The position numbers were made by a program, and so were the translations under genes. From Octopus sinensis (Eukaryota): a stretch of 64,000 nt of DNA. Below, piece after piece: positions 1-12,520 of the stretch; within the stretch, counting starts at the first letter, position 1, and every line of letters begins with the position of its first letter. The notes under the pieces are model-generated. The model was not told where the DNA came from, did no database searches, and was given only the letters and a program-made list of their open reading frames with translations. The stretch is from the NCBI RefSeq assembly GCF_006345805.1, contig NC_042997.1, forward strand, positions 183,086,001-183,150,000, written 5' to 3'.

Positions 1-1659
1 GCCTATAAAGTGATTGATTATGAAAAAACAATAGGTAGCATTCATTCGCAAGCGAGTGTAACTTTGTAGTAATTACCATACTTTCGGTAATTATTTTAGG
101 TACTTATGTAGACGTGAACAAATATAGACACCTCGGCTCTCCTATCTTCGACTATCAAAGGCAGTTGATCGTCAGTTCAGGCAGAGAACAGCACACTGGT
201 CTTATGAAATAAACTGTGAAAAACCAGTTGAGCAGCTGACTCCAAATGAGTCATCTTCTGAAGCAGAAAAAACGATTACGAAAAGTAATCGGATGATTAA
301 CAAATCACACACACACACACACACGCCTGTCTGAATGTATAAATGTATGTCTTGAGTTATAATATTTTGCATTTTGGTTTCATTCCTTTGATGATATTCC
401 TTAATAATTAGTTCTATTTAACTAAGATTTTTATTAACAATGTATCTCGAAGATTTAGGCTAAAAAAAAAAATCTTGGGCGGAAAAAAAGACAGATTTAG
501 TTTCGATCCGAAAATAGAATGTATTTATATGTATTATAGTACTCTTCGACAAATTGCCCTGAACAATTATAACACATTTATAGATGTTATAACTTCAGCT
601 ATTTTTCTATTTTAGGGAATACATTTCCACTTTGGAAGATAAAAAGTTTAGTAAGCAACTTTTAAAATATTTATTCTCTAAGCAATTCTATTTTTCTACG
701 CCAACCAAAATACAACCTTGCGCATTTACTTGGTGATTCTTCTATCATTATCATATTTTGAGGTTATAATAAGACAGGAACATGCTCAGAGTTGTTTCTT
801 GTACTAGCTGAAATAATCTAAATAATAGTAGTCATTGAACAATATTACATAGTCTTAAAATTTTTTTTTTACCGCACAATTACTTCTAGTTAGCTTTTTA
901 ATACTGCATGCACGAAACACTTTAGCTCTAATTTAACTACTACTTTTCATGCAGAGAGGGTCTCTGAGTAATTTCTTCTCTGAATAATTTTATCATTAAA
1001 GCTTCATTGTTTACACCGTATGACGTTTTGCTTAATATATATATTCTGTTCTGTTGCTGCTACTATTACAACGGTTGCATATATAGTGTATAAAGATGCT
1101 GCCTGCTGCTTGCTATTCTAATCCTTCAACATGCCAATCCTAATAATGTTTTTATTATCGCCGTCGTCGAGGAATACTCATTATGAAATTAACGTTCGAT
1201 GGATTATGCACACCAGCTGTCATGAGCATTCCGAATAAGAACAAAAAGGACTGGATGCTGGTTTGAGGCTGAATATTGGAACGGCTTCCCGTTGTTTCCT
1301 CTGCACTTCTTAGCCGTATCACTTTTTCACAAGTTCATCACGTCAGCAAAATTAAGCGTTTTGACCATCAAAACAACTGGGCAACAATGATGGAATACAA
1401 ATCATTGATTAATTACCGTTGCATTAACAATGCTTCTTTTTTCAATGCTACACTATATTACAAAATATATCTATAGATTTTAGACACACACACACATTCT
1501 TTTACTTGTTTCGGTTATTTGACTGTGGCTATGCTTGGAGCACAACCCTTCGTCGTTATACACGATATCTTCGTGGATAGAAAGAAATTAACCGGACTCG
1601 TTTCTGGAGCTGTCGACGGAGCCACTGATTATAAATTCGTTATTACAAAGAGCTTAAAG

Positions 1660-1858
1660 GGTGGCGGAATGGTAGAATCGTTAGAGTAACGAGAGAAATG
1701 CTTTGCAGTGTTTGTGCCGGCTCTCCACCGAGATCAGATTTATCTTTCATCCCTCCGGGGTCGATAAAAATAAAGTACCAGTCAAGTATTGAGGTCGATA
1801 GTATCGGCTTACTCCCACTCCTCAAAATTACTGACCTTGCACCAAAATTAGAAACAAT
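1660..1858 (+). mobile_element. tRNA-derived SINE (family A), decayed
   Basis: Head GGTGGCGGAATGGTAGAATCGTTAG; body TTTCATCCCTCCGGGGTCGATAAAAATAAAGTACCAGTC...GGTCGAT recurs at 20590-20740, 46960-47065, 62100-62310 and inverted at 11410-11590. Confidence 0.75.
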
Positions 1859-2134
1859 TATGACTTCGGAATGACCAATTTGTACATATAATGCATTCTT
1901 GATAGCTAGGGTAGTTCTATTAATAAATTACTAGTTCGTTAATAGTATTTTGCTTCAATGCTGTGCAACACTTTAGAGTACATCTATAGATTTTAGTCAA
2001 CACTGTATGGTCTATCGGGTTTACTTAAGCTCTTAGCAATAAAGGGTTTATAAGTAGTGCCTTCATGGATAGGTTAAGAGAGTACTCAGTTGTTGAAGAA
2101 ATGGACTGAAACTAGTTTGGCTGGCACCTTTGTT

Positions 2135-2221
<87 letters not shown>
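2135..2221. repeat. compound (CTGT)n(CT)n(TA)n microsatellite
   Basis: Directly visible. Confidence 0.95.
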
Positions 2222-2228
<7 letters not shown>

Positions 2229-3001
2229 TACACACCCGTCTTCGTCTTTTGTATTTTTGTAAACTCTCACAATATATATCTGTTAGGCAAGCAGTGACCG
2301 ACAACAGAATGTTATAGTCGGGTCTTACTACGTGTCCTGACAATATATGGCTAGCTTGCCTACAAAAGTGTAAGGAGGCCGTTGAGATTTGCGCGATGAT
2401 CAAGGAAGGGGAGGACACAGTTGTGTAAGCGATAAATATGGAGTGGCAGTGGGATAGTAACGTTAATATAGTTGTCATTCAGATACACACGCGCGCGCTT
2501 TCAATCTCTTTCTGCCTCGCTCGTGTCTCTTTCTCACTTTCTCTCACTCCCTTTCTGTTTGTCTCTCCCCCTGTAACACACACACATACATACACTCACT
2601 AATCTATAGACAATTATTTAACAAAGTTTAAACCGAAATTATCCGGAAATAACCGAAGTATTCCTTTTTTCGATTTATGGACAAACGATAAAGAGTTATC
2701 GTCGGTTAAATACTTAGAGTCAAATCACTTTTCTTTTTACAAAAACGACGTTTCAAGTCAACATTGAAGGTGAAGTACCTTATTAATTTCATTTTTATTT
2801 ACAAAATTATAATCACTCATTCATCTATCTCAAAGTTAGAAAGACATATTTCTAAATGAGAAATTGCTATCAGTTAGTATCTTATCCCTTTTGGTGTTGT
2901 AATTTTCCCACGTTCTGTTCCTCAAACCATCTAAAGTTTAAACTGAAGCTGAAGTTCTTTACTGAATTTATTGAAAAATATTCAACAATTACATTAATTT
3001 A

Positions 3002-3555
3002 TTAATTCCCCCCTTTAATAAAGACATCAGTGATGGTAACTGTATGTTCAGAGCTGTGTCACTCTAGCTCAACAACAGCAGAAATTACCGAACTCTTCGG
3101 GAAGAGTCCGTACGATACATATACAATAATCGGAAGTATTTTCATTCTTTTATTTTGAATAATACAATGTAGGAATACCAAGCATACATGAGTAAGGCTG
3201 GAATATATGGCGGTAATGTTGAATTAGCTGTCATTAGTGAATTGTACAATGTTGCAATTCAGGTTAATCACAAAAATGACGATGGAATTATTCTTCCTCT
3301 GTTCACCGTTTGCGGTCGAACATTTACAGAAAGGAAGATTTTAGTGTTATACAGTGGCGAATTTGACAACGGCCACTATGATGCTCTCTTTCCCATAAAC
3401 AATCTGAAAAAATTATCTCCCTGGGCTCTATGTGAAAAGTGTGGTGTTAGGAAATGGGACAAAGAATCATTAGGTATGTCTTGTTCTAAAGGTAAAGTCC
3501 ATTTACCAATATTTGAGCCTCCATTACTTATAAAACATCTTCTTTTGGGTATCAC
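3002..3555 (+). pseudogene. Helitron RepHel N-terminal relic: OTU-like cysteine protease plus zinc-knuckle
   Basis: Frame +2 read through two TAG stops: DISDGNCMFRAVSL*LNNSRNYRTLREESVRYI...YMSKAGIYGGNVELAVISELYNVAIQV...GHYDAL (OTU Cys and His motifs, 3023-3388), then CEKCGVRKWDKESLGMSCSKGKVHLP..PPLLIKHLLLG (Helitron N-terminal CxxC...CC-GKV motif, 3431-3550). Confidence 0.85.
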
Positions 3556-3669
3556 TTCAGAATCAATATATGTATGTGTGTGTGTGTGTGTGTGCGTGCG
3601 TGTTCATGCGCGCGCGTGGATGTGTGTGTAGTTCTCCACTTTCTATGTTTTAAATACCAGATATTATAA

Positions 3670-4305
3670 TTTCCCTTGTGTATTGCATATGCAATTTCTA
3701 TCCACAAATCACAGGAAACAAGCGTCGATGGTGTCATTGTTGATTTGGGGACCGGCATTTTCTCCGACAGTATGGCTTGTGTGTCCTTGTCAAGAGCTCG
3801 CAAACTGTGCAATGTTCATTTAATTGATCTTGATCCATCGAGTTTGATCATGTGCGATTCCAGTGCTTGGAAAGAATACAACTATTTGAGAGAGCGCATT
3901 AATATGGAACCACTTCCATTGTGTAACGTGAGGCCTAAAATTATTAAACTGGCTAAAAAGGCGACTAAGAAGAGTAAAGTTGCCTTTAATATGGACAGTG
4001 AAATCATCAGCTTGCCGGAATCGAAAAAGGCTAGATTTGAGAATACGGTTGCAAAACCGTACGTCTCGCTGATCAATGAGAGAAGCGCTTTTTTTGTGAA
4101 CAGCACGATACAGGTTATCCGCCAGCTGCCTTTGTGGCCAAATACATGCAGTCTAGAAATGATATTGTCATTCGTGAAATTCACGATATTACATCTTCAA
4201 CTGGAACTAAATCGGTAGCCAACTTGAGAAATTATTGGCAGCAGGTTTAACGATGGTACTCAGCAGTGTGCGCATGATTTTTTAGAAGCACATTTATTAT
4301 TTTCT
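3670..4305 (+). pseudogene. PIF1-family Helitron/Helentron helicase C-terminus followed by a USP (peptidase C19)-like domain, decayed
   Basis: FPLCIAYAISIHKSQETSVDGVIVDLGTGIFSDSMACVSLSRAR (helicase motifs V-VI); then SLINERSAFFVNSTIQVIRQLP (USP Cys-box-like, 4066-4131) and FNDGTQQCAHDFLEAHL (QQDAxEF-like box, 4246-4296), linked by two compensating frameshifts. Confidence 0.75.
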
Positions 4306-4515
4306 GTTTGATTCTTGTAACTATTTTATCTCTCCGTATGATAATAAACAAATACAATTATTATCGATTTTATCATACATTCTTTTAATATTGTGACAGT
4401 GACACTATTTCAATTGGTCGGCCTTCGGGTATCAGTTTATTAGAGGCTGCCACACCATTAGGAAAAATACGGTACATATACAAAATATTACAAGTGTTAC
4501 CTTAAAAAGTACGAA

Positions 4516-5758
<1,243 letters not shown>

Positions 5759-6314
5759 TATATATATAGAAAGACAAATTAATCATATCTGCTTATTAAA
5801 TGCACAGTTGGCTAAAATTTATTGAGATATTGGTTGGTAGCTTCATATTTTGACAACTTTTCAAAACTTTATTACTACACAATAAAAAGTAAGCTCCAGA
5901 TGAACTGAGTATGCGAGAAAATATTGATACTCGGTTGAAACGATTTCTCTTCATCTGTATAACTATTTTCGAGAAAAAAAAAACCATGGTATCACAGCAG
6001 CCAATTTCAATTTCTGAATAAATCTAAGGCATACATACATACATACATACATACATGCATACATGTATATAAAGCGGAGCGCAAGATCCTTTTTTAAGCC
6101 GTTGTTGTGTCCCTTTTTCTCAGAGCATAACTTAACGAATAGATAATAGGGTTCGATAAAATAAGTAGTAGTTAGATTGACATAAGTACCGAGATCGATA
6201 TGAGTGACTAAACCTTTGAGGGCAGTGTCCTAGTTTGGTCGCACACAAGAAATATGAATGAACGTGTGCGTGCCTGTGTGTATTTATATATATGCAAAGA
6301 CATATGTATACATA

Positions 6315-6416
<102 letters not shown>

Positions 6417-8192
6417 GCACACACACATACATGCGTATGTATATGCGTGCGCTTTTGTGTCGCCTTGTTTTGACACCGTGCGCTAATTGTAAACAAACGA
6501 TACCGTCATAAAAACGGTGTCGTTCGGTTGAAATCTGCGATAAATGTACGGCTGTTTGTATTCAAAGAACTAAGAGAAATATTCTTTTGCCTAGGAACAG
6601 GTGAGGATTAGCGACAAGAAGAGTTTCTAGAGCAGAAAAACCTACCTCAGCGAATTTCATTGATGATAATGATATGAGCGCGTGCATGCATACACGCGTG
6701 TTGGAAGCTGATGATACACTACGTCGGAACTCACACAACCACTACAGCCCATTCGACCAAGAAGAGCTGTTCAACAATGAAACCCTAAAAGTGATCGAGG
6801 TCAAAGAACATTTAGAATATACGCACACACACACACATATAACAATCCATAGAAGAGGTAGCTATAGCTGCACAAGCTATCAAAACTACGCCATCAATAT
6901 GTGTGTGTGCGTGCGCGCGTACGTGAGAGTTTAGTAAACCACAGAGACCGTCTGAAACTGCAATGGATATGTAAGAAACAAGTTAACCTAAAGAAATAAC
7001 TAATCTATATAAAGCGACAATTCTGCAAGAATAACAAACCAGCGAAATATATATTGGATCAACAAACAGCTAATTCAAAGATAGAAACACATAACACATA
7101 CACTCTTTCAGCAATTTTTATAGTAGAGATGCAACGTCTCTACTATACACATTTAGAGTATAAGAAAGATTAATGTAAATATAAATATTAACTGGATAGT
7201 AATAGACAGTATAACTCTCAATAGAAATAGTTTCATGAAATACTCCTTGTAATCCCCTTTACCCCTTAGAAAATTTCAGCGTAGTTATGCAAGAAATATA
7301 CCTGCCAACAGAAGAATGAGTTGATGTAACGTTGTAGATAGCAGATTAGGGAAAGCAAAAATAGTAAATATCTGCTGTTGCAACAGCAGCAAGAAAAACT
7401 GTACACAGTTTATAATGATAATGTCAACAGCAACAGAACAGTAATACAAAATAACCAATAAATTAACCAACGGAAAGAATGGCAATTTAGAGATATCACA
7501 TATATGATACGAACCTCAAAAATAGGCATATAAAAACGGTTTACACGCCCTTAGATACGATATAACTTGGCATACAATGAAGTTACATAATAACAATTTT
7601 AACGAAACAGGTGATGTTGTTCGCAGGTAACAAGTGAATTGGGCAATGAAAGAAATAAAGAAATAAACAACTTAACAAACCAGGATATGAATACAAAATT
7701 ATCAAACAGAATCTGGGTAACAACTGCATTTGCCGATAAACGACGATAACACAAAATGAAAAATGTGTGAATTAAACACAAATTACAACTCATAAAAATA
7801 GCAAAGCCGGCTAATGAAAACAGAACAACCAACGAATTGGCAAATGAAACAACTGCAACCAGTCAATGCTTTAATAAAAACAACATTTAGAACGGATTAA
7901 TAAAACCAATAATCATTCACAAAAGAATGAATCCATTCTGATATATAAAACCAGCTCGAAATAATGGACGCCCTCCCTAGTATTCAGTTTAAATATAAAA
8001 TACGTCATGTATTCCTTACTTCATTCCTCTTCCATTGACAATCTTTAACACTTGAATGTGCACACATATATAGCGGAAATTGCCTATTGTGATCACTGTG
8101 AGACGAAGCCTTTTCGATTACAATAATCGACCGCTAACATTAAGCAAAAGGAGGGCTTGGAAACGTTTAGTTAAAATTATCTGTGACTTTAA

Positions 8193-8580
8193 GGAGGAAG
8201 CACTCCGTCGGTTACGACGATGAGGGTTCCGGTTGATCCGAATCAACGGAACAGCCTGCTCGTGAAATTAACGTGTAAGTGGCTGAGCACTCCACAGACA
8301 CGTGCACCCTTAACGTAGTTCTCGGGGATATTCAGCGTGACACAGAGAGTGACAAGGCCGGCCCCTTGAAATACATGTACAACAGAAACAGGAAGTAAGA
8401 GTGAGAGAAAGTTGTGGTGAAAGAGTACAGCAGGGATCACCACCACCCCCTGCCGGAGCCTTGTGGAGCTTTTAGGTGTTTTCGTTCAATAAACACTCAC
8501 AACGCCCGGTCTGGGAATCGAAACCGCGATCCTATGACCGCGAGTCCGCTGCTCTAACCACTGGGCCACTGCGCCTCCAC
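8193..8580 (-). mobile_element. tRNA-derived SINE (family B, OR-like head), young
   Basis: Minus-strand head GTGGAGGCGCAGTGGCCCAGTGGTTAGAGCAGCGGACTCGCGGTCATAGGATCGCGGTTTCGATTCCC (A and B boxes); 10-bp TSD GTGACTTTAA at 8183-8192 and 8581-8590; near-identical copy at 62539-62932. Confidence 0.9.
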
Positions 8581-8600
8581 GTGACTTTAATAACTGTATA

Positions 8601-8841
8601 GTGGAGGCGCGTGGCTTAGTAATTAGAGTTTTGGACTCATGATCGTAAGATAGTGGTTTCGATTACTGAACCGGGCGACACGTTGTGCTCTTGAACAAAA
8701 CACTTCATTTCACGTTACTCCAGTCAACTCAGCTGGCAAAAATAAGTAATCGTGCGACGGACCGGCGACCCGTCCAGGTGGGGAATACATACGTCACAGA
8801 AACCGGTCCTATGAGTCCAGGATTCGGGAAGGAACTTTTCT
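8601..8841 (+). mobile_element. tRNA-derived SINE with CORE-like and V-like central segments
   Basis: Head GTGGAGGCGCGTGGCTTAGTAATTAGAG...GGTTTCGATTAC; CGTTGTGCTCTTGAACAAAACACTT (CORE-like); GCGACGGACCGGCGACCCGTCCAGG (V-domain-like); TSD ACTGTATA at 8593-8600 and 8842-8849. Confidence 0.85.
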
Positions 8842-9150
8842 ACTGTATAGAAGTTGTATGATGACAGGCATAACCACAGTTAAGAAAAAGAACTTCTGTT
8901 TGTGTGCATGTATTGTACGTATGCATGATAAATGCTTATCATTTATCTTTTACTTGTTTCAGTTATTAGACTGCAGCAATTCCGGGGTACCGCCTTGAAG
9001 AATTTTAGTCGAAAAAATCGACTCCAGTACTTTTTTTTTTTTGGTCTCTCTCTTTTACAGAACCGGTAATTTATGGGGACGTAAACACACCAGCACCAGT
9101 TGTTAAGCGGTGGGGGACAAAGACACACACACACACATATATATATATAT

Positions 9151-9363
9151 ATGTGACCTCGTCTGTATCACTAGCGATTTTTTTCCCGTCTTCCCTTCTC
9201 GGGATCTTTCTTTCTCCCATGTTTCCGACGAAGAGCTCCGCTCGAAACGTCAAACCCTCCTTCTTCCCTTCTTCCCTTCTTTCCTGAGCGTCCAATAATA
9301 CTTTATTTGTTCCACATCCTTACGTTGTTTTTTTGTTTTTGTTTTCTTGTTTGGATTAACTTT
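9151..9363 (+). mobile_element. short (about 210 bp) Penelope-end/retrozyme-like element carrying a hammerhead motif
   Basis: Same boundaries (ATGTGACCTC ... GGATTAACTTT) as the copy at 23242-23450; both sit in TA runs. Confidence 0.7.
9221..9255 (+). ncRNA. minimal type I hammerhead ribozyme (U4C core variant)
   Basis: P1 GTTT/AAAC; core CCGACGA plus an extra A; P2 GAGC-TCC-GCTC; GAA; palindromic P3 ACGT; cleavage-site C. Confidence 0.65.
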
Positions 9364-10322
9364 ATATATATATATATCATGATGGGTTTCTTATAGTTTC
9401 CATCAACCAATTCACTCACAAGGCTTTGATCAGCTCGAGACTATATAGTAGAAGATACTTGCCCAAGGTGCCACGCAGTGGGATAGAATCCGAAACCACG
9501 TGGTTTAGAAGCAAACTTCTTACCACAAAGCGACGCCTGTTCTGATTTTTGTTTTTTTTTACTTTTCCATTTTTCGGTTTATCCGCAATTACAGATGACT
9601 GCTGTATTCATTCATTTATTACTTCTATGTTAATAGCAAAATATAGAATTAATGCATGTGAGGAGAATGAATACAGAGAATACTAACCTCACACAGGTTA
9701 TCAAGTTTAAAAAAATAAGTGCCACTCCCATTTTGTTGTTTGCAGTCACCCAACTGTAAAACGTACGTCGCACTCTTTCACACAATCACATATAGTGACC
9801 ACATAAGCAAATATAAAAATTGTTTTATGTTTATTTATTAGTTACAGTCTTTGAATCATGACTATGCTGGAGCACACCTACAAGAGTTTAGTCGATTATA
9901 CCAAACACAGTAATTTGTTTATTGGTTATTAATCTTGGTTTGTAGAAAAGTAAAGTGAAACGGGACGTAAAAGAAAAGGACGTCACTTAATTTAAAGTTA
10001 TTGGGATTTTAGCATGCATAGCCAGTGGTCGGGGTGCGCTATATATATTTTATGGCACTTTATTTTTTTCTTTTGAAATTTTGCGCTTTTAGGAATAGTG
10101 CGCCAAAAACAATTGCATCTAGGGGCCCGCCTACGCTACCCAGCTACTTATATTGACTCCTGTACACTTATGCTTTCATTTTACCGATTTTGTAAGAGAC
10201 AAAAAGCAAAATCCATAGTCCACCTTCGCGGAATGTCAGGGACTAAAACGACGTATTTTTCATCGACAACGTTTTCTACGGTCATTCCTCTACCTATTAG
10301 TCATATAGATATATAATTTGAA

Positions 10323-10607
10323 AAGGTACTACTTAAGAAGAGTGGTCCCGGTGCGCGCACTCGCGCAAGCTAGTCGTGACTAGTCGATCCTTACTTTGTG
10401 TTTTTGTTTTATTTACTTTGTTTAAAAAATTATTTACTTTGTGTTTTTGTTTTATTTATTTTGTTTTAAAAAATTATTTACTTTGTATAAAAAAAATATT
10501 TATTTTGTGTTTTATTTACTTTGCTAGGTAGTCGTTGTAGGATCGACTAGTCACGACTAGCTAGCGCGGATGCGCGTACCGGGACCACTCTACTTAAGTA
10601 GTACCTT
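10323..10607. mobile_element. MITE, Kolobok-like, 68-bp TIRs, TGAA target duplication
   Basis: TIR AAGGTACTACTTAAGAAGAGTGGTCCCGG...GACTAGTCGATCCT with about 5 mismatches; TGAA at 10319-10322 and 10608-10611; interior is an approximately 43-bp T-rich tandem repeat. Confidence 0.85.
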
Positions 10608-11409
10608 TGAAAATGTGATGTATAATATACATTTTTTTTAAAAATGAGCATTCAACTTTAGCTTCGCTGTGAAAAGTAAACAAAGTAGTTACAGGTTTTA
10701 TATCTCCGTCGATAGAAAAAGAGGGATATTATCTTCCCATTTCTTTTTATATATAACTAAAAGATAAATTATAATTTATTAAAAAATTGTGAATACATCT
10801 ACTTGAATTGTACAAATATAGAAGAATTCCTACTGTTACTTTTCGCTGTTTTTGTGATTAGAAAATGGAAAGAAAAGATTATAGGAAGAACGAAAAATAG
10901 ATTTATCAACCTATTTATCGGATAAATGGCACGTGATAATCCTATTTAATGCAAATGTTCCTCCATGTTCGCTTAAATTCATAACATTTGTGTTTGTGTG
11001 TGCGAGAGAATTTTCATGTGACCGTTATAGAATCCTAATTACGGTTTTCGCTGTATTTCGAAGAGGAATGGGATGTTGTGACGTTCACACCCTTCTCAAG
11101 AGTTTTTACAGTGTAAATTAAAGAAAATTGTTTTAAACAGGTGGCAAATTCTTACGCAAGACATTTGTCATCTAATTCATATTAATATTATTATTCTTTT
11201 TTACTTTAGCACGAAACCATAATTTGAGAGCGAGAGATGCAGTCGACTGAATCCATACTTGTTTGGTATTTATTTTATGTTTTGATCCCAGCTAGATGAA
11301 AAGGAAAGTTGGTCCCGGTGGGATTCGAACTAAAGCATTTTATCCAGTTCTAAACTGATTCTGTTATATTACTATGGATTTCTTGCAAATTAAAAGACCG
11401 TACATTTGT

Positions 11410-11590
11410 GGGGAGCTGTTATTGGTCGCATTGTGTCACAGCACAACTGATACTTAATTTATCCACCCTACTTCTAGAAATAAAAAGCGAAGTCGAAACT
11501 GGTGGGATTTGAACTCAGAATATAGAGGACGAAAATTAATAATGCGAGGTTTTATTCAGTTCGGTGTTAAATTGTTTCTGCTATTTCATT
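11410..11590 (-). mobile_element. family A SINE, decayed
   Basis: AACTGATACTTAATTTATCCACCC...GTCGAAACTGGTGGGATTTGAACTCAGAA is the reverse of the family A body and B box. Confidence 0.6.
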
Positions 11591-12193
11591 CGACAACCTA
11601 TCCCTAGTCCTCAGTCACATTTCCCCTTCCCTAAAATATAAAGCCGTCGTGCCTAGTATAAAATAAATAAAATTATAAGCAACAAAAATATTTTCCCAGT
11701 TAAAACCCTTACACTTTCCCTTGTTGTAAAAGCCCTTAGGAAAAAGGTACTAGCGTCAAACATGTCCCGCATATACATCACACATATCCTTACACCTGTC
11801 CGCACCATCGTAAATCTGGAGCGTTGTGCCTAGTCAGGAAATCAATATTGACATAGTGGCGAGCGCAGTACAGTAGGATTTAATCTCTCGACGAGCTGAT
11901 TCTTATTCTGAAGTGTCAGGCATTTCACTTCACTTACGTCACTAATTCCACTAAGAAAGGTATGAACGCCACATATTTTCACTACATAAAAAAAACAGAA
12001 AAGGTTTTATGCATGCCTAGTCAAAAGAAAACTAATATTATTTGTATGCAGGGATGAGGTGAAGAAAATAAAGCTAGACGATAACAAAACAAAACTAAAA
12101 TCGATTAAAAATAAGATGAAGATTGCATTTTCTGTTAAAGAGGCACCAGAGCAGATAACCTAGTCGAAAGTTAGCAGTTGTAAAGTGTGTATG

Positions 12194-12230
<37 letters not shown>

Positions 12231-12232
<2 letters not shown>

Positions 12233-12332
12233 CGGGAAGCTTTATGAAAATAGACAAAAGACGAAGGCAGGTGGGAAACAAACAAACAATTGTATTAGTA
12301 TGGCGCTCAGGAAATATAAATAAAACAAGTCT
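12231..12332 (-). mobile_element. truncated Penelope-end-like repeat
   Basis: GTATTAGTATGGCGCTCAGGAA resembles the reverse complement of TTCCTGAGCGTCCAATAATAC in the 9151 and 23242 elements; flanked by TA runs. Confidence 0.4.
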
Positions 12333-12333
12333 T

Positions 12334-12370
<37 letters not shown>

Positions 12371-12488
12371 GGTGTGTGTGTGTGTGTATGTATGAGTGTG
12401 TGTATGTTGTGTATATAAAATAAATAAAAACTACATTATATAATATACATATGTATAAATAATATATGTATATACATACATGTATATA

Positions 12489-12520
<32 letters not shown>

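Larger units (their letters stand above)
8942..9537 (-). mobile_element. tRNA/CORE SINE (family C), interrupted by the 9151-9363 element
   Basis: Tail TTTTACTTGTTTCAGT..GACTGC at 8945-9135 and head CTTGCCCAAGGTGCCACGCAGTGGGA...CTTACCAC at 9378-9537; colinear with the intact copy at 28386-28778. Confidence 0.8.

Noticed and set aside
1141-1476. Moderately GC-balanced segment with a 66-aa ORF
   Set aside because: Stops in all frames examined and no recognisable motif.
6735-6784. Possible 50-nt minus-strand exon (TTTTAG|...|GTGAGT; GFIVEQLFLVEWAVVV)
   Set aside because: Good splice signals but no recognisable homology or partner exons; the chance expectation is high.
8500-8680. tRNA-like sequences with A and B boxes (also at 28700-28778, 30331-30400, 57400-57477 and 62860-62932)
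   Set aside because: These are SINE heads: no complete cloverleaf, and they continue into repeat bodies, with TSDs where visible.
10390-10525. Short repeated units that could mimic a CRISPR array
   Set aside because: Tandem T-rich repeats without unique spacers inside a MITE; eukaryotic context and no cas genes.
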